A DNA stretch of 64,000 nucleotides from Bacteroidota bacterium. Its GTDB lineage: Bacteria > Bacteroidota > Ignavibacteria > Kryptoniales > JAKASW01. The stretch covers positions 90,915-154,914 of the forward strand of contig JAKAGT010000009.1 in assembly GCA_021825585.1 (NCBI GenBank). The letters run 5' to 3'. Below, one piece after another: positions 1 through 8,548 of this stretch. Position 1 is the first letter of the stretch. The number at the start of each line of letters is the position of its first letter. A program made the position numbers and the translations under genes. The notes below the pieces were generated by a model. That model was not told the origin of the DNA. It ran no database searches and was given only the letters and a program-made list of their open reading frames with translations.

Positions 1-1232
1 TAACCCAGGCTCTTCCTGGCCCTCGAAAGTGCATCCCTATGCCGGGCGTTTGTCACGACCACCGAACTCTCGTTCAGATTCTCACCCAGCACCAGATTAA
101 ATAACCCATTCTTCAGTGAATCAATTCCATCTCCATGAAGTGCTGATACATAAAAAATATACCCGTTCTGGGGTACCCTCGGTGCCTCAGTCCTATACAG
201 GTCGACCTTGTTCCAAACCCTGACAAGCTTGACACCTTCTCTGGCGCAGACATCTTCAAGCTCCGAATACAGCGGCTCGGTGCCGTTATAATCATGCTCC
301 GACAGATCCATAACCAAAAGGAGGATATCCGCTTCCTTTGCCTCCTTTTTCGCCCGCTCAACACCCTCTCGCTCTATCTTGTCCACCGTCTCCCTCAAAC
401 CCGCAGTATCGGTCAGTCTGAACAGGACGCCTTTGATGGAAACCCTCTCAGATATAGTATCGCGGGTAGTGCCGGGGATCTCGCTGACTATCGCCCGGTT
501 ATCTCCCAAAATCGCATTCAGCAGGCTGGACTTGCCGGCATTCGGCTTCCCCGCAATCGTGACGCGCACCCCTTCACGATACACCCTGCCCACTGAATAA
601 CTCGCCAGCAGCTCATCCACTGTCATAATTGCATCTTCAAGGCGGGTTTGAAGCGCCTTCCTGTTGGCAAATTCCACATCCTCTTCGGAGAAGTCCAACT
701 CCAACTCGAGGAGCGATGCCAGATTCAGCAGCTCATCCCGTACACCCTTTATCTTGCGTGAAAGCTCGCCTGACAATTGTCTCACGGAGCTTCGGTAAGC
801 CGCATCGCTCTGTGATTGTATCAGATCGGCCACCGCTTCGGCCTGCGACAAATCGAGCCTGCCGTTCAAGAAGGCCCGTTTTGTAAATTCGCCCGGCTCG
901 GCCAGGCGTGCACCGGCGGAAAGCGACCTTTCAAGCACCCTCTGTGTCACAAGATACCCCCCGTGGCAGCTGATCTCGACCACGTCCTCACAGGTATAGC
1001 TACCGGGTGCACGGAACGTAACGACAACAACTTCATCGACAAGGCCGCCTTGCTCATCGACAATCTTCCCAAAATGAGCGGTATGCGAAGGTGCCTCGCA
1101 CAGCTTCGTTCTCCCGAGAAAGACGTGGTCTGCAACTGCGAACGCATTCGCTCCGGAAATTCTAATTACGCTAATCCCCCCTTCACCCGGCGGAGTGGAG
1201 ATAGCGGCTATAGTGTCGTTATTGTCCAACAT
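1..1232 (-). CDS. mnmE: tRNA modification GTPase MnmE (TrmE), C-terminus cut by window edge
   Basis: Absent from the ORF track because it has no stop codon in the window. My reverse-strand translation from ATG at 1232-1230 gives MLDNNDTIAAISTPPGEGG..., VTIAGKPNAGKSSLLNAILGDNRAIVSEIPGTTRDTISERV (checked codon by codon at 441-570) and ...VVTNARHRDAL at the window edge. These are the MnmE N-domain and G1/G2 GTPase motifs. Confidence 0.9.
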   Translation of the reverse strand, partial: MLDNNDTIAAISTPPGEGGISVIRISGANAFAVADHVFLGRTKLCEAPSHTAHFGKIVDEQGGLVDEVVVVTFRAPGSYTCEDVVEISCHGGYLVTQRVLERSLSAGARLAEPGEFTKRAFLNGRLDLSQAEAVADLIQSQSDAAYRSSVRQLSGELSRKIKGVRDELLNLASLLELELDFSEEDVEFANRKALQTRLEDAIMTVDELLASYSVGRVYREGVRVTIAGKPNAGKSSLLNAILGDNRAIVSEIPGTTRDTISERVSIKGVLFRLTDTAGLRETVDKIEREGVERAKKEAKEADILLLVMDLSEHDYNGTEPLYSELEDVCAREGVKLVRVWNKVDLYRTEAPRVPQNGYIFYVSALHGDGIDSLKNGLFNLVLGENLNESSVVVTNARHRDALSRARKSLG

Positions 1233-1584
1233 GTTATAGACGTGCAAAACCAGATTTACTTGGAAGAGTGGGAGTGCCTTAGTTCTTCGAAATCAAATAT
1301 CCTGATCATGTCAATCGGTCCAAACGCATCGTCACTTCTCGTAATAAATATAATTCTTATTCGTCACATGTTCCCACCTCAGCACCACTCCTGACGTGAG
1401 GGAAGCATGTTGTCAATCTTCAGGATTCAAGAGATATCTCGTCCTTTCATCATTAAGCTGTCAGGTACGGAACGATATTCCGAAAAACAGCAGTGCAGCC
1501 AATCGCCAATCTCTTTCGTCGTGACCTGGAATTCCCATTTTTTATCATTTCCTTTATGAAATCACGCCTAAACGTTTTTATCTT

Positions 1585-3021
1585 GTGATAAATGGAGAAC
1601 GCATAGTGGCTGTCCCCTCGCCGTCTATTTGGGCCTTGCTGCCATTCGTTGTGTTGCTGGCGGCCATCGCAATCGGCCCGCTGGCGAATGACCGCTGGTG
1701 GCAGAAATACTACCCGGCAGTCTCTATAGGTATGGCGATCATTACCGCCGCATATTACCTGTTTTTCCTGCACGCATCCGCGCCGCTTCTCGAATCGGGC
1801 CACGATTACATAAGCTTCATTGCTCTGATCGGGTCGCTTTACATAATATCAGGGGGGATACACATACGGCTGCGGGGCGAATCCCGCCCGATAGCAAACG
1901 TAATTCTCCTCGCCATCGGAGCGGTGCTTGCAAACTTTATCGGCACCACCGGCGCATCGATGATACTTATACGCCCCTACATCCGCGTGAATCGTTACCG
2001 GATCAAGCCGTTCCACATAGTATTCTTCATCTTCATCGTAAGCAACGTGGGAGGCGCCCTGACCCCCATAGGCGACCCGCCGTTGTTTCTCGGCTATTTG
2101 AAGGGGATCCCGTTCTTCTGGCCGGTTGAGAACCTCTGGCATATCTGGTTGCCCGCGGTAGCAATAATTCTAATCGTCTTCTACTTCTTTGACCGCAGGG
2201 ACTTCTTGACTCTGCCGCGAACGGAGCAAGCGCTTGCCGAGAAGTTGAGCGAGAGCGGAGAAGTCACGGGACTGCACAACATTATTTTTCTCGCTGTCGT
2301 ACTCGGTGCGATCTTCATCACCCATCCGGCCTTTTTGCGCGAGCTGCTGATGGTCCTCGCCGCGGCAGCATCCTACATCACGACGAAAAGCGAGACTCAC
2401 GAGAAGAACGATTTCGACCTCACCCCTATCAAGGAGGTCACCATCCTGTTCCTCGGCATATTCATAACTATGGTTCCTGCGCTCGAGTATGTCGCGCAGA
2501 ATGCCGCCCACTTCGGTCTTCAGGCGCCCGGTGACTTCTATTGGAGTGTGGGAGCGCTCTCTTCCGTGCTGGACAACACTCCGACCTACATCAACTTCCT
2601 TAGTGCCGCGCTCGGACGATTTGTCGACTACGGCGCAGTACAACAGATTCATAACCTGATCCAGACACATGGTATTGCTCTTCCGTTTGTCCCCGGCAGC
2701 TACTCTCCGGATCTGAGGAGCACAATCGCAATGTTGGTTCATTACCATCCTGCAGAAGTCATGTCGGGAAGCGTGACGGGCGGACAAATTGCAACTGCGT
2801 ACCTCCTTGCTCATAACGGAATCATAGTTCAGGCGATATCGATCGGTGCGGTCTTCTTCGGCGCGATGACTTACATAGGCAACGGGCCGAACTTCATGGT
2901 TAAGAGCATTGCCGAGCAGTCGGGCGTCCGCTGCCCGTCGTTCGTGTCGTACGTCCTTCGTTATGCACTGCCGGTGCTCGTGCCGACGCTCATCATAATC
3001 TGGCTCGCATTTTTCCGGTGA
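1585..3021 (+). CDS. Polytopic membrane permease, ArsB/NhaD (citrate-transporter-like) ion-transporter superfamily
   Basis: 478-aa ORF that is hydrophobic throughout with many TM-like stretches (ALLPFVVLLAAIAIGPL, FHIVFFIFIVSNVGGALTPIGDPPLFLGY). The family assignment rests on general resemblance only. The start is uncertain (GTG 1585 or GTG 1606). Confidence 0.6.
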   Translation: MINGERIVAVPSPSIWALLPFVVLLAAIAIGPLANDRWWQKYYPAVSIGMAIITAAYYLFFLHASAPLLESGHDYISFIALIGSLYIISGGIHIRLRGESRPIANVILLAIGAVLANFIGTTGASMILIRPYIRVNRYRIKPFHIVFFIFIVSNVGGALTPIGDPPLFLGYLKGIPFFWPVENLWHIWLPAVAIILIVFYFFDRRDFLTLPRTEQALAEKLSESGEVTGLHNIIFLAVVLGAIFITHPAFLRELLMVLAAAASYITTKSETHEKNDFDLTPIKEVTILFLGIFITMVPALEYVAQNAAHFGLQAPGDFYWSVGALSSVLDNTPTYINFLSAALGRFVDYGAVQQIHNLIQTHGIALPFVPGSYSPDLRSTIAMLVHYHPAEVMSGSVTGGQIATAYLLAHNGIIVQAISIGAVFFGAMTYIGNGPNFMVKSIAEQSGVRCPSFVSYVLRYALPVLVPTLIIIWLAFFR

Positions 3022-3141
3022 AGATATTTCTCCGGCCATAGGCATGACCTGATTCTATCCTGATTGTCCACGCCATAGAAATTAGTCTTCCGTTCTTGTT
3101 TATTTCTCGGTTTGAATCGATCTTCAAAACAAAAAGAACAA

Positions 3142-4365
3142 ATGAATATCCTGAATAAATCATCGAAGTTAGACAAGGTCTGTTACGATATCCGCGGCCC
3201 GGTGCTCGACGAAGCGAAACGGATGGAAGACAACGGCCGGAAGATACTCAAACTCAATATCGGCAACCCAGCGCCATTCGGATTCGAGGCGCCCGACGAA
3301 GTCGTACAGGAAGTTGCTGCCAACCTGAGGAAATCTGAAGGGTACATTGATTCGAAAGGGCTTGTGCAGGCAAGAGATGCGGTCGTCGATTACTCGACCC
3401 GAAACGGAATACGCGGCGCGAGCACAGACAACGTATTCATCGGAAACGGGGTCAGCGAACTCATCGTCATGGCGATGCAGGGATTACTGAATAGCGGAGA
3501 TGAGATTCTCATACCGGCTCCGGATTATCCGCTCTGGACCGCGGCGGTTGTGTTGAGCGGCGGGACCCCTGTCCACTATGTCTGCGACGAGAGCTCCGAC
3601 TGGTGCCCGGACCTTTCCGATATGGTTGGAAAAATCACTTCCCGAACCAGGGGTATCGTCGTCATAAATCCAAACAACCCGACGGGCGCGGTATATCCGA
3701 AAGAAATACTGACCGGAATAGTGGAGATAGCAGAGAGGCACGGGCTCGTCATATTCAGCGACGAGATATACGACAGGATCCTGTATGACGGCGCACAACA
3801 CATCTCCATCGCTTCATTGACGGACGGCGTGACTTGTGTAACCCTGAACGGACTTTCCAAGTCTCACCTGATCACCGGTTATCGCGTCGGCTGGATGGTT
3901 TTCAGCGGGAACCTAGCGGCCGCGAGAGGCTACATCGAGGGAGTCAACATGCTGGCATCAATGAGACTTTGCAGTAACGTTCCGGCTCAATACGCGGTGC
4001 ACGTCGCGTTAAGACAAGAGAACACCATAAGGGCTCACACAGCTTCCGGCGGGAGGCTGAAGGAACAACGCGATCTCGGTTACGAACGGCTCGTGAACAT
4101 TCCCGGCCTTTCGTGCACAAAGCCGAGAGGAGCCTTCTATTTCTTTCCCAAGATAGACACTAAGAAGTTCAACATTGAGGATGACGAGCGGTTTGTCCTC
4201 GATTTGCTGAAAGAAGAGAATGTGCTGGTGGTCCAGGGGACCGGGTTCAACTGGTTCCATCCCGACCACTTCAGGATAGTATTCCTGCCGGATGTGTCGT
4301 CGCTTAAGAAGGCGTTCGATTCGCTCGACAATTTCCTGGCTCATTACAAGCAGCGGCCAGCGTAG
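3142..4365 (+). CDS. alaA: PLP-dependent class I/II aminotransferase, AlaA (glutamate-pyruvate aminotransferase)-like
   Basis: The N-terminus MNILNKSSKLDKVCYDIRGPVLDEAKRMEDNGRKILKLNIGNPAPFGFEAPDEV closely parallels my recollection of E. coli AlaA (SSKLENVCYDIRGPV...LKLNIGNPAPFGF). A SKS...GYRVGW region (PLP-lysine neighbourhood) is present. I moved the start to ATG 3142 inside the 3112 ORF. Confidence 0.85.
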   Translation: MNILNKSSKLDKVCYDIRGPVLDEAKRMEDNGRKILKLNIGNPAPFGFEAPDEVVQEVAANLRKSEGYIDSKGLVQARDAVVDYSTRNGIRGASTDNVFIGNGVSELIVMAMQGLLNSGDEILIPAPDYPLWTAAVVLSGGTPVHYVCDESSDWCPDLSDMVGKITSRTRGIVVINPNNPTGAVYPKEILTGIVEIAERHGLVIFSDEIYDRILYDGAQHISIASLTDGVTCVTLNGLSKSHLITGYRVGWMVFSGNLAAARGYIEGVNMLASMRLCSNVPAQYAVHVALRQENTIRAHTASGGRLKEQRDLGYERLVNIPGLSCTKPRGAFYFFPKIDTKKFNIEDDERFVLDLLKEENVLVVQGTGFNWFHPDHFRIVFLPDVSSLKKAFDSLDNFLAHYKQRPA

Positions 4366-4519
4366 ATACAGGCCCCAGAAGAAATCTGACCCCATAAGGG
4401 AACCTCAGCGGCGTTTTCATCAAGCCGCTTTGACTGAACAGAGACGTCTTCTGCTGTCTTGCAACCCTTACCTCTTCCGATTAAAATTGCTACGACACAG
4501 AAGCGGAGGTTTAAGGAAC

Positions 4520-5104
4520 ATGTATCCGGCAAAACACGCTATCTTCCTTCTAAACGTATTCCTGATTGTGAATTGCGGCAGTACGCAGAAACAAGATCTC
4601 TCCGCAGGCAAAAACATGGAGGATGAAATGTCGACTGCAACCGCAGCAAAGTTCTCGCTGGCGAGCACGGCCTTTAAAGAAGGCGAAATGATCCCGAAGA
4701 AGTACACTTGCGACGGCCCGGACATTTCCCCGCCTTTGGAATGGCACGGCGTTCCCGCAGAGGCAAAGAGTCTCGCACTCATAGTCGAAGACCCTGACGC
4801 ACCGATGGGCACCTGGATACACTGGGTTATCTTCAACATTCCGCCGGGGACTTCCGGACTTCCCGAGCATGTCTCAGCCGGGAAGACGCTTCCAGACGGC
4901 GCCGTCCAGGGACGGAACGACTTCAGGAAAATCGGGTATGGCGGACCGTGCCCCCCCGGAGGAACGCACCGCTATTTCTTCCTCCTGTATGGTCTCGACA
5001 CGATGCTGAAGCTTCCCGCAGGCAGCACGAAGGCCGACCTGGTTAGAGCGATGGAGGGACATATCGTGGGCAAGGCACAGCTGATGGGAAAGTACTCGCA
5101 CTGA
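4520..5104 (+). CDS. YbhB/YbcL-family PEBP (Raf-kinase-inhibitor-like) lipoprotein
   Basis: Motifs DGPDISPPLEW, IVEDPDAP, WIHWVIFNIP and GYGGPCPPGGTHRYFF are PEBP hallmarks. ATG 4520 is preceded by GGAGGT (4506-4511) and gives a lipoprotein-like leader MYPAKHAIFLLNVFLIVNCGS. The upstream part of ORF 4292 is Arg-rich junk. Confidence 0.85.
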   Translation: MYPAKHAIFLLNVFLIVNCGSTQKQDLSAGKNMEDEMSTATAAKFSLASTAFKEGEMIPKKYTCDGPDISPPLEWHGVPAEAKSLALIVEDPDAPMGTWIHWVIFNIPPGTSGLPEHVSAGKTLPDGAVQGRNDFRKIGYGGPCPPGGTHRYFFLLYGLDTMLKLPAGSTKADLVRAMEGHIVGKAQLMGKYSH

Positions 5105-5540
5105 ATCCGGGACGATAGTCTTGTTTTCCGCTTGCACGATTCAGGGCATGTGAATCCTGCAACGAAAAAGAGTGCCCCTGCCGGTGCTTACCCGCAGTCG
5201 TGCATGTTGTCTCACACGACTCGGCCGGGACGACCGGAATACCTCTGTCGATAACCCACCTCGTACTCAAATCCATATTGCATTTCCGAATCACGCCGGT
5301 TAAACTAATGCATTCTAGGGCGATCATGTGTGCTGGGGTGAGATCATTTAAGCGGCAAATTTCTGAGTTGACTTACCGGTCCCGGAATCGACCTCAAGAA
5401 GGCGGAAGATACTGGTAATCAATGTTCTCACCAGCGCTCAATTCAAAAAGTATGTCAAACGCTAAAACCGGAAAGTAAGCCAATAAATGATCCTTGAATA
5501 CCGCCAAAATCTAACTGCATCCCGATTCATACTCTTTTTA

Positions 5541-7757
5541 ATGCCAAACCCTCTTTATTGCACGCTCCTATTTGTTCTTTCTTTCGCGACCGTGAATCCC
5601 GTTTTCGCGGCCGGGCCGGGCAGCAGCGGCGGGAAAGCGCAGGCGGGCCCAGCAACCATAACTGTCAAAGGATTTCTATTATCGGGAGGGCTGACGAATA
5701 ATTTCTCCGCGGTCCTTTATGATTCCAACGGGGTCGCGATAGATTCGCAAATGGCGGTCGGAAATCAGCTGGCATTCAACAACGTCGCGACCAACTCTGC
5801 TCCCTCCCCACTTCCGACCGGATACGAGCTTTCGCAAAACTACCCTAACCCGTTCAACCCGTCGACCATGATAAGAGTCCAGATCGGACAACCGGGCGAG
5901 GTCAGTTTGCAGATCTTCGACGTTCTCGGAAGATTGGTCTCCAGTTACACTGGAAGCCTTCGGCCGGGCATCTACAATTTTGAATGGGAAGCAGGCGTCG
6001 CAAGCGGCGTATACTTCTACAGGGTGATCGCGGGGAATTTCATCGAGACGAAGAAGATGGTGAAGCTCGACGGCGGCGGATTCGGCAGCACGGCACTGAC
6101 GCTTGTGAGTTCGAGCCCAGGGAGCTACGGTCAATCGCAGGCTCCGGCATTTCAGGAGACCGGGTTCCCGAATTGGCCCAACAGCATCCAGTCCAGCGGC
6201 TATACGATAAAGCTCTACAGCCTGCTCCAGACGTATCCGCAGGTTGTCGACACGGTCATACAGGTTCCGACGCTCGGACAGGACACAACCCTGACCGTAT
6301 ATTTCCGGGGTGCCCCGAGGGATATCGTCATTCCCATGCCCGATAGCATGAAGATGAGTAACGGATCGTTCGTGCTCGGACCGTCCGCAACGATATTCGT
6401 CAAACCAGGATCGGCAGACCTCGTGAACATCGGCCGGTATTTTTCCAACCTGTTGAAGCCCGCCACCGGATACGATATCCCGGTCGCGGCCACGACGGGC
6501 ATCCCCAGTACGGGTAACATTTATCTCTCGACCGATGCATCCGATTCATCACTGGGAGACGAGGGATATATACTCACTATCACGCCAGACTCCGTTGCGC
6601 TTGTCGCCTACCAGCCAGCCGGGATATTCCACGGCATTCAAACCATCAGACAGCTTCTTCCGCCGGGAATTGAGAGCCCGAGCCTCCTGCCCATCCCGTG
6701 GACAATGGAGACCGGACGGATTGCTGACCGCCCTCGATTCGCATGGCGGGGCGCGATGCTGGACGTCGCGAGGCACTTCTTCGGGGTGCAGGATGTGGAG
6801 GAATATATCGATCTCCTTTCATACTACAAGATTAATCAGTTTCATCTCCACCTCTCAGACGATGAGGGATGGCGGATACAAATTAACTCCTGGCCAAACC
6901 TTGCCCTGATCGGAGGGAGGGGATTCTATAAGTACTACAGCTCCGGGTATTATACTCAGGCGCAGTATTCACAGCTCGTTGCGTACGCTCAAAGCCGTTA
7001 CATGACGATAATTCCCGAAATTGACGTTCCGGGCCACTTTGGGGCCGCACGGGCGTCTTATCTGAAGCTTAATTCGACTTCCCAATATTGGACCGACACC
7101 CTTTTCTACGACATTGTCGACAGTGTAATCAAAGAACTCTCGGCGATGACTCCCGGCCCGTACATCCACATCGGCGGCGACGAAGCAACGTACTACGGCG
7201 TTTCGGATCCGGCTTACGTCACCGTCATCGACAGCGTGCAGTCCATCGTCCATGATTACGGAAAGAAGATGATCGGCTGGGCGCAGAATATCGGCGAGGC
7301 AAAACTGTCCCGGAGTACGCTGGCTCAGAATTGGGACTGGCGGGAACCGGGGTTTGTAGACTCGGCGGTTTCTCAGGGTGACAGGATCATCATGTCGCCA
7401 GCCGACAAGGTGTATCTCGATCAGAAGTACAACTCATCGACGCTGCTCGGGCTGAATTGGGCTGGCTATGTCGGCGTAGAGACTTCATACGATTGGGATC
7501 CCGCGACCCAGGTTCCGGGAGTCGGAGAAAGCGATATCATCGGGGTGGAGGCGCCGCTCTGGTCCGAGACGCTCCACACTCTCGCAGATATCGAATACAT
7601 GGCTTTCCCACGCATTATCGGCGTAGCCGAGATCGGCTGGTCGCCAGCCGCAGGAAGAAACTGGAATGAATACAAGGTCCGACTCGGTTACGACGGGATG
7701 AGACTTGATGCGATGGGTGTCAACTTCTATCGGTCTCCTAGTGTGCCCTGGAGATGA
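5541..7757 (+). CDS. GH20 beta-N-acetylhexosaminidase with an N-terminal extension containing an internal T9SS-CTD-like domain
   Basis: GH20 catalytic-region motifs are present: RGAMLDVARHF, NQFHLHLSDDEGWRIQI, IPEIDVPGH, HIGGDE. Signal peptide runs from ATG 5541 (MPNPLYCTLLFVLSFATVNPVFA). The CTD-like segment YELSQNYPNPFNPST...GVYFYRVIAG...KKMVKL lies at nt 5823-6068. Confidence 0.85.
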   Translation: MPNPLYCTLLFVLSFATVNPVFAAGPGSSGGKAQAGPATITVKGFLLSGGLTNNFSAVLYDSNGVAIDSQMAVGNQLAFNNVATNSAPSPLPTGYELSQNYPNPFNPSTMIRVQIGQPGEVSLQIFDVLGRLVSSYTGSLRPGIYNFEWEAGVASGVYFYRVIAGNFIETKKMVKLDGGGFGSTALTLVSSSPGSYGQSQAPAFQETGFPNWPNSIQSSGYTIKLYSLLQTYPQVVDTVIQVPTLGQDTTLTVYFRGAPRDIVIPMPDSMKMSNGSFVLGPSATIFVKPGSADLVNIGRYFSNLLKPATGYDIPVAATTGIPSTGNIYLSTDASDSSLGDEGYILTITPDSVALVAYQPAGIFHGIQTIRQLLPPGIESPSLLPIPWTMETGRIADRPRFAWRGAMLDVARHFFGVQDVEEYIDLLSYYKINQFHLHLSDDEGWRIQINSWPNLALIGGRGFYKYYSSGYYTQAQYSQLVAYAQSRYMTIIPEIDVPGHFGAARASYLKLNSTSQYWTDTLFYDIVDSVIKELSAMTPGPYIHIGGDEATYYGVSDPAYVTVIDSVQSIVHDYGKKMIGWAQNIGEAKLSRSTLAQNWDWREPGFVDSAVSQGDRIIMSPADKVYLDQKYNSSTLLGLNWAGYVGVETSYDWDPATQVPGVGESDIIGVEAPLWSETLHTLADIEYMAFPRIIGVAEIGWSPAAGRNWNEYKVRLGYDGMRLDAMGVNFYRSPSVPWR

Positions 7758-8200
7758 GCCGGCTGCGTGTTTCATTATTCCGGGTTGGATTTTTCTTGAC
7801 ATCTCCGGTTATTGTTCGTAATCGCTCACTGAAAGGGTTGGCTCTCGACCCTCTGCTTCTTCTGCGCTCAGATGAATTGCTCGCAAAAATACCTTTCATT
7901 CATCTTTCAGCCCGGCTGTTCTCACAAAGGAACTCACTGGTTTTCAGGTCCTTTGAAAGCTTGAAAATCCCCCTCTTTCCCCATTTTGTAAAGGGGGAGG
8001 GGTCAGGCTTCGCTTTTGCCAACACCCCCTCTTTGAAAAAGAGGGGAATGGGGAGATTTATTATGCTTAACTGTACCACTATATTTAGAAACCCCTCTTC
8101 ACCCTCCCATAACGGAGGCATTGCTATTGTTCGATGTTTTCACTTGCATCGACGAGAGTAACAGACTAAATTTTATTTGCGTTCTTTCATAACAGTGAAG

Positions 8201-8418
8201 CACTGGTGTCCCGACGGAAACGTCGGGGTGAAAAGGGAATCCCGTTCCCCGAACAAGACGTTCGGGAAGCCGAACTCACAGGATGTGAAAACGTTCGGCT
8301 GAATCCGGGAGCTGCCCCGCAACTGTATTCGGCACCTGCATGGGTTCGCCACTGATCTCAGCAAATGGGATTGGGAAGGCAATACCAACAACTGCCGTGA
8401 GCCAGGAGACCTGCCAGT
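8201..8418 (+). promoter_or_regulatory. Cobalamin (B12) riboswitch aptamer
   Basis: Conserved core strings are read directly: GGTGAAAAGGGAA (8227-8239), GCTGCCCCGCAACTGTA, GCCACTG, GGGAAGGC and the B12 box AGCCAGGAGACCTGCC (8400-8415). P1-like pairing is ACTGG(8202-8206)/CCAGT(8414-8418). It sits upstream of a TonB-dependent receptor. Confidence 0.85.
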
Positions 8419-8495
8419 CTTTTTTTGAATAAAGAACCTTCGAGGGAGAGGTCAAATCAATTCCGCCGCAAGCGCGGAAGAGTTTATCTTGCGTT

Positions 8496-8532
8496 ACCCC
8501 AATCTCAGAAAAGGTTGGGGTTTTTTATTTTT
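8496..8532 (+). terminator. Intrinsic terminator-like hairpin (probable riboswitch expression platform)
   Basis: CCCCAA(8497-8502)...TTGGGG(8515-8520) stem followed by TTTTTTATTTTT. It lies between the aptamer and ATG 8549. A second small hairpin TTCCGC/GCGGAA at 8461-8479 could be the alternative structure. Confidence 0.6.
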
Positions 8533-8548
8533 CACCATCGAGAGTAGG

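Noticed and set aside
2170-3045. Long antisense ORFs inside confident genes (for example 2170-3045 minus, 13948-14868 plus, 5679-6134 minus, 30592-31294 plus, 33176-35579 plus)
   Set aside because: Their Arg/Ser/Pro/His-rich compositions are typical of the reverse frames of GC-rich genes. Each is fully contained in a gene that has clear family motifs.
7754-8161. 135-aa plus-strand ORF after the GH20 gene
   Set aside because: It has no RBS or recognisable motif, it spans the C/G-tract palindromes, and the minus-strand ORF 7900-8121 mirrors it. It is treated as intergenic.
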